The notes beneath the pieces were generated by a model that was given only the letters and a program-made list of their open reading frames with translations, had not been told where the DNA came from and searched no databases. DNA of 40,040 bases from a virus. This document shows, piece after piece, positions 7,828 to 16,259 of this stretch. The stretch lies in UHGV virus genome UHGV-1362910, one strand, 5' to 3'. How positions within the stretch are numbered: position 1 is the first letter of the stretch; each line of letters begins with the position of its first letter. The position numbers and the translations under genes were made by a program.

Positions 7828-8493
7828 CTATGCCGCTAAATACGCAATCCTCTGGAACTGTTGAATCTGCACTTTACATGCCTTATAGATATCTTTGTAA
7901 TGCATTTCCTGTCTAATGCTCTCTTTAATAACCTCACCAATGATATGTTCTATCAATATAAGGTTATTAAGCTGGCTTGTTGTCAGCGCATCCCTGGAAT
8001 CCGCCTGGATGCCTACGGCTTTGTTCGCAAGCTGTGAAAAACTTATGTAATACTTATCTGCATTTCTGCTTCCTTGGGCCTTTGCATATTCCACCAGCAT
8101 CTTGATTTCGTCAGTTTCCATACGTCGGTTCTTCTTACTCTCCAAACATGTCGCCTGCCAGAGAGTGGACTGACGTTCCATAAGTAGGCGGCGCATTTCG
8201 TAGAACTGGCGGACGAGTTCCACTTTGAACTCAACCACTATGTCATTGTTATCCAGGAAAGTAACCAGCAATGTTGCCTGTGGTTCGTTGAGCTGATAAA
8301 TCCTTGTTGGCCTTCCACCTTTGGGGTTTCCCGATTTCAAATCGGTAAACCTAATATTTCCAAATTTCTTTAAACTCTTCTGGTGCGTTTTAATCAAGGA
8401 TACTACTGACTCGTGTTGATTACCTGTTCCCTCTGCTATAACCATGCTGTCTGTAAAAACATCATTGCCGATGAATTTTACTAATGTGTTCAC
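7828..8493 (-). CDS. Rha family phage regulatory / antirepressor-like protein
   Basis: SMVIAEGTGNQHESVVSLIKTHQKSLKKFGNIRFTDLKSGNPKGGRPTRIYQLNEPQATLLVTF is a canonical Rha N-domain. It has a GTG start with AAAGGAGGG upstream. Confidence 0.7.
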   Translation of the reverse strand: MNTLVKFIGNDVFTDSMVIAEGTGNQHESVVSLIKTHQKSLKKFGNIRFTDLKSGNPKGGRPTRIYQLNEPQATLLVTFLDNNDIVVEFKVELVRQFYEMRRLLMERQSTLWQATCLESKKNRRMETDEIKMLVEYAKAQGSRNADKYYISFSQLANKAVGIQADSRDALTTSQLNNLILIEHIIGEVIKESIRQEMHYKDIYKACKVQIQQFQRIAYLAA

Positions 8494-8510
8494 TGTCCCT
8501 CCTTTGTTAG

Positions 8511-8526
8511 GTTTCTATTTTGAAAC
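8511..8526. promoter_or_regulatory. Operator-like palindrome GTTTCtattttGAAAC (O-site copy 1)
   Basis: Perfect 5-bp arms with a 6-nt spacer. Related copies occur at 8768-8787 and 8872-8887 around the repressor/cro divergent region. Confidence 0.4.
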
Positions 8527-8745
8527 TTTTTGAGCAAAAAAATATACTGGTATCTCCTGCGTATCAATATCAAGCAATTCGCACCATTTCATAATTTCTT
8601 CTTGCGACAGTCTTATATCATTGTTTAACTTAAGCGACATTGACCTGTCTGATAACTGATTTTCCATGGCAAATCTACGTTGTGTCCCGTATTTTTCTAC
8701 TATACGTCCTCTCAACTTGCTATAGTCAAAAACTACCTTGCGCAC
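8515..8745 (-). CDS. Cro-like small HTH protein (DUF739-like)
   Basis: VFDYSKLRGRIVEKYGTQRRFA...LSQEEIMKWCELLDIDTQEIPVYFFAQKVSK. The likely start is GTG at 8745 after AAGGAGGGG; the track TTG at 8766 lacks an RBS. Confidence 0.6.
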   Translation of the reverse strand: MRKVVFDYSKLRGRIVEKYGTQRRFAMENQLSDRSMSLKLNNDIRLSQEEIMKWCELLDIDTQEIPVYFFAQKVSK

Positions 8746-8767
8746 TCTTTTCCCCTCCTTTCCCAAC

Positions 8768-8787
8768 TAGTTTCTTTTTTGAAACTA
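8768..8787. promoter_or_regulatory. Operator palindrome TAGTTTCttttttGAAACTA (O-site copy 2) overlapping the PR +1 region
   Basis: Perfect 7-bp inverted repeat immediately downstream of the -10 of the early minus-strand promoter. Confidence 0.45.
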
Positions 8788-8792
8788 TCGTC

Positions 8793-8821
8793 ATTATATC
8801 TTGTGGTTTTCATCTTGTCAA
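8793..8821 (-). promoter_or_regulatory. Early lytic promoter (PR-like): TTGACA-17-TATAAT
   Basis: Perfect consensus hexamers on the minus strand (TTGACA 8821..8816, TATAAT 8798..8793) reading into the cro-like gene. Confidence 0.55.
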
Positions 8822-8861
8822 TATGAGATTTTCATTTTTTAAACTTTTTCATTCATGAGCC

Positions 8862-8890
8862 TTGATTTTTAGTTTCTATTTTGATATTAT
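8862..8890 (+). promoter_or_regulatory. Candidate repressor promoter TTGATT-17-TATTAT with an operator half-site (GTTTCTATTTTGATAT, 8872-8887) in the spacer
   Basis: Hexamers read on the plus strand. The leader would be very short (SD at 8897-8903, ATG at 8911), so the call is uncertain. Confidence 0.3.
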
Positions 8891-8910
8891 ATATCAAGGA
8901 GGGATTAAAA

Positions 8911-9483
8911 ATGAATAACCTAGTAAGTAATTTTAAAGACCGACTTAATCAAGCATTATCCATACGAAACATTAAACCTGTAGAGCTATCCGAAATTACT
9001 TCCATATCTAAATCTACGATTAGTCACTACATGTCCGGTTATACAAAACCTAAATCTGATAAATTATATGTATTGGCAAAGGCCTTAGATGTTACAGAAA
9101 CATGGCTTATGGGTTATGACGAACCTATGGAACGTAGTTCTATAATCATAGGCCACGAATTACAGCACCTTTTATTTCAAATAAGTATGGAATTAAGAAT
9201 ACCTTATGACGATCTTTTGCATGTTTTTCTTTCTCAAAATAAAATAGCCGCCACTGGCATACAACTTAATAAGGAAAATCTACTAGATTTTTTTATAGAT
9301 CATTATAACATCTCAAAAGAAAAGTACGATACTATGCAAAAGCAAGACGATAATGAAGATGATATTCCCGAAGAGATAAAAATCATTAGTAGAGCCGCCA
9401 AAAATATGACACCCGAAAAAAGACAGAAACTATTAAATATGGCAAAGGTAATGTTTGAGGAGGATTTTCCTGAGGATGTATAG
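8911..9483 (+). CDS. XRE-family HTH transcriptional repressor (CI-like)
   Basis: The HTH reads KPVELSEITSISKSTISHYMSG. The start MNNLV follows AAGGAGGG. Confidence 0.8.
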   Translation: MNNLVSNFKDRLNQALSIRNIKPVELSEITSISKSTISHYMSGYTKPKSDKLYVLAKALDVTETWLMGYDEPMERSSIIIGHELQHLLFQISMELRIPYDDLLHVFLSQNKIAATGIQLNKENLLDFFIDHYNISKEKYDTMQKQDDNEDDIPEEIKIISRAAKNMTPEKRQKLLNMAKVMFEEDFPEDV

Positions 9484-10072
9484 ACTTCCCAATTACAAGC
9501 GTGCAACAAATGCTGCCTATGAGGTTTTGCAAAAACAAGCAAATATATCTTTACCTATAGATATTGAGTTCGTTGCAAAACAGTATCCTAATATTCGCTT
9601 AAAAAAATATAGTGAGGTAGCTAGAAAATTCGGATTAACTATGGCTGAATATTTAGAAATAGCTCCCAGTGAGTTTGGATTTGTAAAGAAAAAAGGTATT
9701 AATGCCATTATTTTATATAATGATACAAAAGGAGTTGAGACCAATCGTTTTACCATAAGTCATGAATTGGGACATTGTGTATTAGGGCACGGAAAAGATA
9801 ATGACGTGGCACGTAAAGAAGCTGATTGTTTTGCAAGGAATTTGTTGTGCCCGATTGTGGTTATTAAAGAATTGGGTATAGAAAATAATGTGAGCAAGTA
9901 CATGGAAACCTTTTATATCAGCGAACCCATGGCCTCTACAAGCATACATTTTATTGATTCAGACCTTTATTACATTACCAATACAAATTATTCTGTTGTA
10001 TCCGACATGTTTTTCACCTATATGACAGGTTACACCTTAGCGGAACTTTACGGCTATAATTATGCGTACTAA
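9476..10072 (+). CDS. ImmA/IrrE-family zinc metallopeptidase (partner of the repressor)
   Basis: HEXXH motif within ISHELGHCVLGH. The start MYRLP overlaps the repressor stop by 8 nt and follows GAGGAGG. Confidence 0.8.
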   Translation: MYRLPNYKRATNAAYEVLQKQANISLPIDIEFVAKQYPNIRLKKYSEVARKFGLTMAEYLEIAPSEFGFVKKKGINAIILYNDTKGVETNRFTISHELGHCVLGHGKDNDVARKEADCFARNLLCPIVVIKELGIENNVSKYMETFYISEPMASTSIHFIDSDLYYITNTNYSVVSDMFFTYMTGYTLAELYGYNYAY

Positions 10073-10161
10073 AAGAACACATAATTACACCGTCAATTAG
10101 ATTAATCAGCCTATGGCTTTTTAATAAAAATGGCACAGCCAAAACTAAGGAGGGTTTGTTT

Positions 10162-10794
10162 ATGAGAAAAACAAAATTATTTATCACCACGCTTGCAATG
10201 TCCATGGTTCTGAGCAGCACTGCCCTGGCCGGGACCTGGATGCAGGACTCTGCGGGTTGGTATTATCAAAACGACGATGGAAGTTTTCCTACTAACCAAT
10301 GGTTTCAAGATTTTGACGGAAAATGGTACTATCTAAATGAGTCCGGTTATATGCTTGTAGATGGAACCGCTCCAGATGGACGGGCTGTAGGTGCTGACGG
10401 TGCGTGGATACAGCAAGTAACAGGTGATGTGAACACGGTACTTCGCGAAATCAACAATTGGGTTATAGGCGACATTTGGAATCATGGATATTGCGACTTC
10501 TATCATTATGAATACGATGGAAAAGATAGTATCGGCCAGCCAATTGATATTGATTATGCACTCCAATTGTTCAAAGACTCCTATAAGAAAAAAGCTGGAT
10601 ATGATGCCTATATCAATTCTCTGTCAGATGATTATGCAGCGTTAAAAACCGCCTGGAATAAGCTAAGTGGGGAATCTGACAAATTGTATAGGCACTTTGA
10701 ATCTGGAGTACAACAGACTGGCACTGATACAGATACAGCAATTTTTGTTCAATATAGAGACGCTTTCTCAAAATGTGTAATGGAGAAAAGATAA
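10162..10794 (+). CDS. Secreted protein with cell-wall-binding repeats (lysogeny moron)
   Basis: Signal peptide MRKTKLFITTLAMSMVLSSTALA. Repeats GWYYQNDDGSF / GKWYYLNESGYM are of the same type as the endolysin C-terminus. It follows AAGGAGGG. Confidence 0.65.
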   Translation: MRKTKLFITTLAMSMVLSSTALAGTWMQDSAGWYYQNDDGSFPTNQWFQDFDGKWYYLNESGYMLVDGTAPDGRAVGADGAWIQQVTGDVNTVLREINNWVIGDIWNHGYCDFYHYEYDGKDSIGQPIDIDYALQLFKDSYKKKAGYDAYINSLSDDYAALKTAWNKLSGESDKLYRHFESGVQQTGTDTDTAIFVQYRDAFSKCVMEKR

Positions 10795-10806
10795 CTATAA
10801 CAAAAA

Positions 10807-10840
10807 GCCACTCCTGTTGGCGCAGGAACGGCTTTTCACA
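10807..10840 (+). terminator. Candidate terminator after the moron gene
   Basis: Imperfect stem GCCaCTCCTG...CAGGAAcGGC followed by TTTT. Confidence 0.3.
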
Positions 10841-10951
10841 TAGATTTTCTCTTGCTGGCCGAATCCAGGAAGATATAATCCACTAACACACTTGAATTAT
10901 ATCATTCCTGGGACGTCCTGGCAAGAGGGCGTATTTTTGTACCCAAAATTT

Positions 10952-10967
10952 GTTGCGATGTCGCAAC
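10952..10967. repeat. Palindrome variant GTTGCGATGTCGCAAC (copy 2), 16 nt upstream of the int ATG
   Basis: One central mismatch; followed by GGGAAGGAATAATATT ATG. Confidence 0.6.
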
Positions 10968-10983
10968 GGGAAGGAATAATATT

Positions 10984-12120
10984 ATGCCAAAACGCAAGAA
11001 ACATCCCCGTCTCCCCAATGGCTACGGCTCCATCCGATACCTTGGCAAGAGCCGGAAGAACCCTTACGCAGTCCACCCGCCGGCGGACATTGATGGGAAC
11101 CGTCCCCCGGCCCTCTGCTACGTGGATGACTGGATGAAGGGATTCATTATCCTCACGTCCTACAAGGCCGGTACCTATACCCCCGGCATGGAGGCCGCCC
11201 TGGAGCTGCCCGATAACCCTGGTGCTCTTGATTCCCTGATAGAAAAAATCATGGCTGATTACAACCGTGTCAAAGGAGTAGAGCCGGACGAACCCGAAAA
11301 GACCTTCTCAGAGGTCTACAAGGCCTTCTACACGGATAAATTCTCCGAAGGCAATAAATACTCTAATGCAACCAAATATTCAATCAAGGCCGCATATAAA
11401 AACTGTGCGTCCCTCTATGATAAAATATTTAGCTCCCTCCGCGCAAAAGACCTGCAGGATAACCTGGATGCGTGTAATCTAAAATATGCCAGCCTGGAAC
11501 TTATCAGGAACCTGTACAGGCAAATGTATAAGTACGCTGACAGTCAAGGATGGTGTGATAAGGATTATAGCCAGTATGTCAAAATCAAACGGGATGACGA
11601 TGATGAACATGGTGTGCCATTTTCAGATGCAGACCTGAAAATCCTGTGGGATAACAAAACAAATGAAACCGCTGAGATGCTTCTCATAATGTGCTATTCC
11701 GGATGGCGTATATCAGAATACATTGGCCTCGAAGTGAATTTACAGAAAAAGTATTTTATGGGTGGAATAAAAACGGAAGCTGGTAAAGGACGTATCGTAC
11801 CAATTCATTCCGGTATTCTCCCTTTGGTTGAACGCCGGATAAGCAAGTATGGGAAGCTCCTTCCGTGCAGCGACAAAGATTTCAGAAAACAAATGGATGA
11901 GCTACTAAACCGGCTTGGAATTCCAGGTGACCCCAAACATACACCACATGACTGCCGGCATACATTTTCTATGTTGTGCGAAAAGTATGAGGTAAAAGAA
12001 AACGACCGTAAACGGATGATGGGACACTCATTCAAGGCCGACATTACCAACAAGGTTTACGGTCACCGTGACATAGAGGATCTGCGAAAAGAGCTAGAAA
12101 AGATAATCATTGATTTGTGA
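10984..12120 (+). CDS. int: Tyrosine-type site-specific integrase
   Basis: C-terminal catalytic residues HDCRHTFSML ... MGHS ... VYGH (R-H-R-Y pattern), 378 aa. A 16-bp palindrome lies 16 nt upstream of the ATG. Confidence 0.85.
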   Translation: MPKRKKHPRLPNGYGSIRYLGKSRKNPYAVHPPADIDGNRPPALCYVDDWMKGFIILTSYKAGTYTPGMEAALELPDNPGALDSLIEKIMADYNRVKGVEPDEPEKTFSEVYKAFYTDKFSEGNKYSNATKYSIKAAYKNCASLYDKIFSSLRAKDLQDNLDACNLKYASLELIRNLYRQMYKYADSQGWCDKDYSQYVKIKRDDDDEHGVPFSDADLKILWDNKTNETAEMLLIMCYSGWRISEYIGLEVNLQKKYFMGGIKTEAGKGRIVPIHSGILPLVERRISKYGKLLPCSDKDFRKQMDELLNRLGIPGDPKHTPHDCRHTFSMLCEKYEVKENDRKRMMGHSFKADITNKVYGHRDIEDLRKELEKIIIDL

Positions 12121-12340
12121 CTTTATTGTGACCAATAAACCCTAATAACATGGTAGAAAGCGGTAGGAACCGGAAGTTACAAAAACGGCGCAAACCCGCA
12201 TAAAACCTACCATTTTCGTCCCATTTCTTATGCAAATCATACCATTCTAAATACAGCCTGATATTAAAGTATCGTTAATATTAATGGCGAAAAAAGTACG
12301 TTTTTACGTGGTTTTTTGGTTTGTTTGTGACTTTACTGTG
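12114..12340. repeat. attP-region direct repeats TTTGTGACTTTAYTGTG (12114-12130 and 12324-12340) plus a GGTAG..AAAG..GTAGGAA sub-repeat; candidate integrase arm sites
   Basis: 16/17-bp identical direct repeats 210 bp apart in the noncoding stretch between the int stop and the late-operon terminator. Confidence 0.4.
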
Positions 12341-12383
12341 TCTAATAGGGTAGTATAAGAAAGTAGGAAATGGTATGAAATTA

Positions 12384-12411
12384 GGCGGGCCCGGTCATTC
12401 CGGTACCCGCC
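12384..12411. terminator. GC-rich hairpin GGCGGG...CCCGCC with T-rich flanks; terminator of the late (minus) operon, possibly bidirectional
   Basis: 6-bp GC stem plus an extended imperfect stem. It abuts the stop of ORF 12418..12600. Confidence 0.4.
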
Positions 12412-12417
12412 TTTCAT

Positions 12418-12600
12418 TTACTTCTCTTTCTCCTTCCCTTCCTGTATCCGCTTCCAGATGTTCTCAAACTCATCCGGCTTTGGACCCGGGATGGGTAAGG
12501 GGACGGTCATGCGTTTAACTGCTTCAAACTCCTTCAACAGTTCCTCATCTGAGTACTCTTCCGCCGGTTCTGGCGGCTCATCGTTCCGCTTTCCATCCAT
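12418..12600 (-). CDS. Small acidic Pro/Glu-rich protein (60 aa)
   Basis: Track ORF, the last gene before the terminator, with a GAAAGGAGG RBS. Confidence 0.4.
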   Translation of the reverse strand: MDGKRNDEPPEPAEEYSDEELLKEFEAVKRMTVPLPIPGPKPDEFENIWKRIQEGKEKEK

Positions 12601-12678
12601 CTTTATGCGCCTCCTTTCAAGACCATTGTATGCCTTTTACAAAGAGAGCTGCACTGGTAAATAATGGCATACTTAGGG

Positions 12679-13452
12679 CTACCACGTAAACACGTACCGT
12701 CGATTTACCATGTCGTACTCCTCCGCAATCCGGAGCGCGCCCCTTGCATCCGTAATCATGCATTTGCCCTCGTCGCTGCCCTTGACTGGGCAGAGTAAAA
12801 ATGCCTCGCCGGCAGGGTCCACCTGGTAGCCGGTCAGCATGTAGCCCTCGCTGTCAAACAGATACCAACCACAGGTGCCGTCCGTGGCCTCCTGGAGCCA
12901 GTACCAGCCATTGGCCGCATAGCTGCCGTCTGTAAACTGATACCACCAGCGCTGGCCGTCTGCGGCCGGCTGAAAGCCCTGGGTGTATGTCACTGGGACC
13001 GGGGTATAGTCGATGTCGCAGAGCTTGAGGACCTTCTGCCAGGGTGTGGCCGCCACTCTGGACTTGATAGTCCCGTAGTTGATACCCTTGGCCTCAATAC
13101 ACCAGCCATCACCTATGTACACCCCGATGTGGCCCGGCTTCCAGACCGCCCAACCGACCATAGTCTCATTCAGGTGGTCGATACCCACGCGCTCCACGGC
13201 TGTGTCATGGTAGTTGTAGCTGCCTCGGATGCGCCCGGTGTACCAGCTGATGAGGCCGCTACAGTCCGTGCAGCGCTGGCCTATGTACCTGGCCGCCTTG
13301 GCTTTGTAGGTGGATGTGTATGTGCCTGGGTTCTCCCGGGCGAGGCGGTCAAGGATGGCCTGGGTAAGAACCTCACCCTTAGCGCCGTAAACATATGGGG
13401 TTCTCAGCTTGTCCTTACAGTGATTGATTAATCCTGCTGCTGTTTTACTCAT
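12679..13452 (-). CDS. Endolysin: NlpC/P60 peptidase with C-terminal cell-wall-binding repeats
   Basis: Cys in DCSGLISW and His in GHIGVYIGDG. The C-terminus carries WWYQFTDGSYAANGWYWLQ...GWYLFDSEGYMLTG repeats. Confidence 0.8.
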   Translation of the reverse strand: MSKTAAGLINHCKDKLRTPYVYGAKGEVLTQAILDRLARENPGTYTSTYKAKAARYIGQRCTDCSGLISWYTGRIRGSYNYHDTAVERVGIDHLNETMVGWAVWKPGHIGVYIGDGWCIEAKGINYGTIKSRVAATPWQKVLKLCDIDYTPVPVTYTQGFQPAADGQRWWYQFTDGSYAANGWYWLQEATDGTCGWYLFDSEGYMLTGYQVDPAGEAFLLCPVKGSDEGKCMITDARGALRIAEEYDMVNRRYVFTW

Positions 13453-15425
13453 GTCGTACCTCCATTCCTTATCGCATCAATCTGTGCCTGTAAATCTGCT
13501 ATCACCATCCTGGTATCCTGTACATACTCCAGCTTCATATCCGGCTGCCCATCCGCTGTCACTGTGATGGTTGTCTGGCCTGTGTAAGTGGTAAGGGCAT
13601 TTAAAGCGGACTGGGTAGCGGCTGGGAGGGGTTCCCAGGTGGGGGCATCCAGGACAAACATTACATATACGTCATTATCTGCAACATATTGTTTGATGGC
13701 TGCATTAACTTCGTCCATTGTAGCAGTTGCTGTTACCCCAATTACTGTTATCGGCACTGCAATATAAATACCTCCGAGTCCATTGATTGAATAAACATTG
13801 TCCAGACCGCCACTTACCACGCTCCAATCTTTTACCATACCAGCAGGCGCTATGTTGCAATACCCGGTAGTTTTTTTGCCGTCACTATATAACCCCTTTT
13901 TACTCAATTCAGAATACTGCTTTGAATATATGACCGTATACCTGTTATCTATAATGCAATTGGGATAGGTGCTGTTCATACCCCCAGCCGATGGTCTTAC
14001 CGTATCTTCTGTTAGTATATCCATGGAGATGTTCCGCTCAATCCCCCACACGCCGCCCCGGCACATTATCCTGTCCCTGTAATCCCCGATGCCACGTAAC
14101 GGCTCCGTCAGGGTGATGGCTGCGGTCTTGGACTGGTAGGGTTCCCAGGGGAGAGCGGTGTCTCCAGCATTTAGCATGGGCTTGAATGTTAATGGGCCGG
14201 ATATACTTAATCGCATCACTATCCTTATTGCAATGGGATTGTCATCTGTAACTGTAAATCTTGAACCATTCCCAATATCAGAACCAATGACTTTATATGA
14301 ACCATTATTTACTGCATAAGCCATCAGTTGATATCCATCACCTCCTCCACCATTCGGACAACCAGAAATATAGTAATCCCCTAGTGGTAACGGCTCCTGA
14401 ATACGCAAATCAATATACGATGTCCCTGTACTAGTTCCAGTAGCTATTACTGTTCCATCTGGTTGTGGGCTATAAGTAACCCCAAGATAGTTTTTAGTAC
14501 TTAATGATGGTATGTCCAATAACTGCGCCCCCGTCACCGTCACCGCCGTGACATCCGTACTCACAATCTCCTGCGGATTATCCGGGCTGGGGTCTGCTCC
14601 CTGTTCACTCTTACCGGCTATCTCCAGGCCGGGTATTGGGGCCTCCCATGCATCAGACACTGTGACTTGCGTGGTTCCGGAGGCAGAATCTATAAGGGCA
14701 TTGGCATACTTAAGGTCAGTTTCACGGCGGTTGTAGCCCGCAAATGCCTCCTTCTGGCTCTCCACATATGCCTTATTCTCCTCTAATGCCCGCGCCGATG
14801 CTGTAGCGGATTTGGCAGACTCAGTGGCAGAATCGGCAGCGGCAGTCTTACTGGCCTGGGCATCATTGGCGTATCCCAGGGCTGTGGATACCCTTGATTC
14901 CATCTGCTGCATGAACTGTTCGTACCAAGAATGGTCTGGCTCCAGGATGCCTCCTCCGATTTCCAGTCCATCATGGATAGTATAGGTTGCAGGAAGGGTC
15001 TTCCACACAGTCCTTACTCCTGTACTGCTGGTACTGGTCGCATATATCATCACCTGGATTGTCCCCGGTTCCTGTGTGGCCTGCCCAGGTATCTCCCACA
15101 GCAGTCTGACGTAGTTGTCCGACCAGGACACATTGCAAGGTACGCTGTCACTTCCGCCATGCGCAGTCTGATAATGAATATACAGGTTCTGTACCGTCAG
15201 GTCAATTCCATCATCGTACCGCGGCAGCTGGAAGCCTACAAACTGAACGTTCTGCTCCCCGTACACCGATATCTGGTCATTAAAATCCACAATGCGTTTG
15301 TTGGTGACAGGGACATATTCCGGCTCCACGTATAGCCGATTAGATGGATAACTGTTATCCGCCGTCCATATCTCGTCATCAACCGCATAGGCTCGTGCTG
15401 TCAGTATCTCATCTACGGTTGCCAT
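13449..15425 (-). CDS. Tail-fibre / receptor-binding-like protein (658 aa) located between holin and endolysin
   Basis: Ala/Ser-rich coiled segment (AQASKTAAADSATESAKSATASARALEENKAYVESQKEAF) and Gly/Thr-rich beta-type regions. No enzymatic motif was seen. Confidence 0.5.
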   Translation of the reverse strand: MATVDEILTARAYAVDDEIWTADNSYPSNRLYVEPEYVPVTNKRIVDFNDQISVYGEQNVQFVGFQLPRYDDGIDLTVQNLYIHYQTAHGGSDSVPCNVSWSDNYVRLLWEIPGQATQEPGTIQVMIYATSTSSTGVRTVWKTLPATYTIHDGLEIGGGILEPDHSWYEQFMQQMESRVSTALGYANDAQASKTAAADSATESAKSATASARALEENKAYVESQKEAFAGYNRRETDLKYANALIDSASGTTQVTVSDAWEAPIPGLEIAGKSEQGADPSPDNPQEIVSTDVTAVTVTGAQLLDIPSLSTKNYLGVTYSPQPDGTVIATGTSTGTSYIDLRIQEPLPLGDYYISGCPNGGGGDGYQLMAYAVNNGSYKVIGSDIGNGSRFTVTDDNPIAIRIVMRLSISGPLTFKPMLNAGDTALPWEPYQSKTAAITLTEPLRGIGDYRDRIMCRGGVWGIERNISMDILTEDTVRPSAGGMNSTYPNCIIDNRYTVIYSKQYSELSKKGLYSDGKKTTGYCNIAPAGMVKDWSVVSGGLDNVYSINGLGGIYIAVPITVIGVTATATMDEVNAAIKQYVADNDVYVMFVLDAPTWEPLPAATQSALNALTTYTGQTTITVTADGQPDMKLEYVQDTRMVIADLQAQIDAIRNGGTT

Positions 15426-15757
15426 GCCTGTCCGCTCCCCCTCTCCTGCTTAATTGTAATCAGATTGGTGGTAATCCTCTGGCCGTTCTCACGCTGCCCA
15501 ACCACCCCGATTTTAAAAGTGTCACAGACCGTGATTTCATCCGGCACAATGCAGGCACCGTCTGTTATCAATGCAGCAACCTCCTCAGACTGTGGATAGG
15601 GATAAAATGCGGCCACCCTGACAGTCCCATCCCAGTCTGCCCCAAACTCGAATGCCGCCTGCAGGTAGCCGGATGTACCTGCGATTATGTTACTAAAATC
15701 ACAGCCAGGAGCCCTTATCAGCTCCTGGCCGGATACATTAAATCTTAATGTCCTCAT
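15413..15757 (-). CDS. Hypothetical protein (114 aa) downstream of the holin
   Basis: Track ORF with an AAAGG RBS. A palindrome lies 16 nt upstream of the ATG. Confidence 0.45.
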   Translation of the reverse strand: MRTLRFNVSGQELIRAPGCDFSNIIAGTSGYLQAAFEFGADWDGTVRVAAFYPYPQSEEVAALITDGACIVPDEITVCDTFKIGVVGQRENGQRITTNLITIKQERGSGQAWQP

Positions 15758-15773
15758 GGCATTGCCTTTCTGC

Positions 15774-15791
15774 GGTTGCGATATCGCAACC
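15774..15791. repeat. Palindrome GGTTGCGATATCGCAACC (copy 3), 16 nt upstream of the ATG of ORF 15413..15757
   Basis: Exact 18-bp palindrome abutting the holin stop codon. Confidence 0.6.
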
Positions 15792-16243
15792 TATTTAGTC
15801 GCTGCCTCGTCCTGGCTATCGGGTAACTCGCTGGTATACTGCTTAAGCTTGTCCTGTATAAACTGCCACAGGCGCTTAACCGGCAGGCCGCACATCGTCA
15901 TGTTTTTTAAAATGCTTACCGTCTCATATGCTATGTATAACAGTGCAAAAAATTCAGCTACGCCAATGTGTTTTACAGGTAGGTATGCTCGGACAGCCTC
16001 CGGTATAAATCCAATTAAATTTAGCCCTACAATCCTATCCAGAACAAGAAGAAATGCTATCGATACCAGCATTGATATTTTCCGTATGGCCCCATCAATT
16101 CCGAAGCAGCTATTAAACTGCTTTTCTTTGGCTGCCCGGATGCACCCAAACACGGTATCCATCACTACCGCCACAATCACTACCTTGATAATCTGACTCG
16201 CCCAGGCCATTGCGATTAACTGCTCTATCCTTTCCACTTTCAT
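15791..16243 (-). CDS. Holin (phage_holin_4_1-like)
   Basis: TM helices IIKVVIVAVVMDTVFGCI and ISMLVSIAFLLVLD, plus the motif SSKFGIDGAIRKI-like SCFGIDGAIRKI. ATG at 16243 follows GGAAAGGTGAGG. Confidence 0.65.
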   Translation of the reverse strand: MKVERIEQLIAMAWASQIIKVVIVAVVMDTVFGCIRAAKEKQFNSCFGIDGAIRKISMLVSIAFLLVLDRIVGLNLIGFIPEAVRAYLPVKHIGVAEFFALLYIAYETVSILKNMTMCGLPVKRLWQFIQDKLKQYTSELPDSQDEAATK

Positions 16244-16259
16244 ATACCTCACCTTTCCT

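Noticed and set aside
10892-11137. 81-aa plus ORF overlapping the int start
   Set aside because: It is out of frame with the well-supported integrase and has no RBS.
12121-12420. tRNA gene at the int-proximal attachment region
   Set aside because: No cloverleaf-compatible sequence (GTTC/TΨC-type arm, CCA-proximal acceptor stem) could be found by eye.
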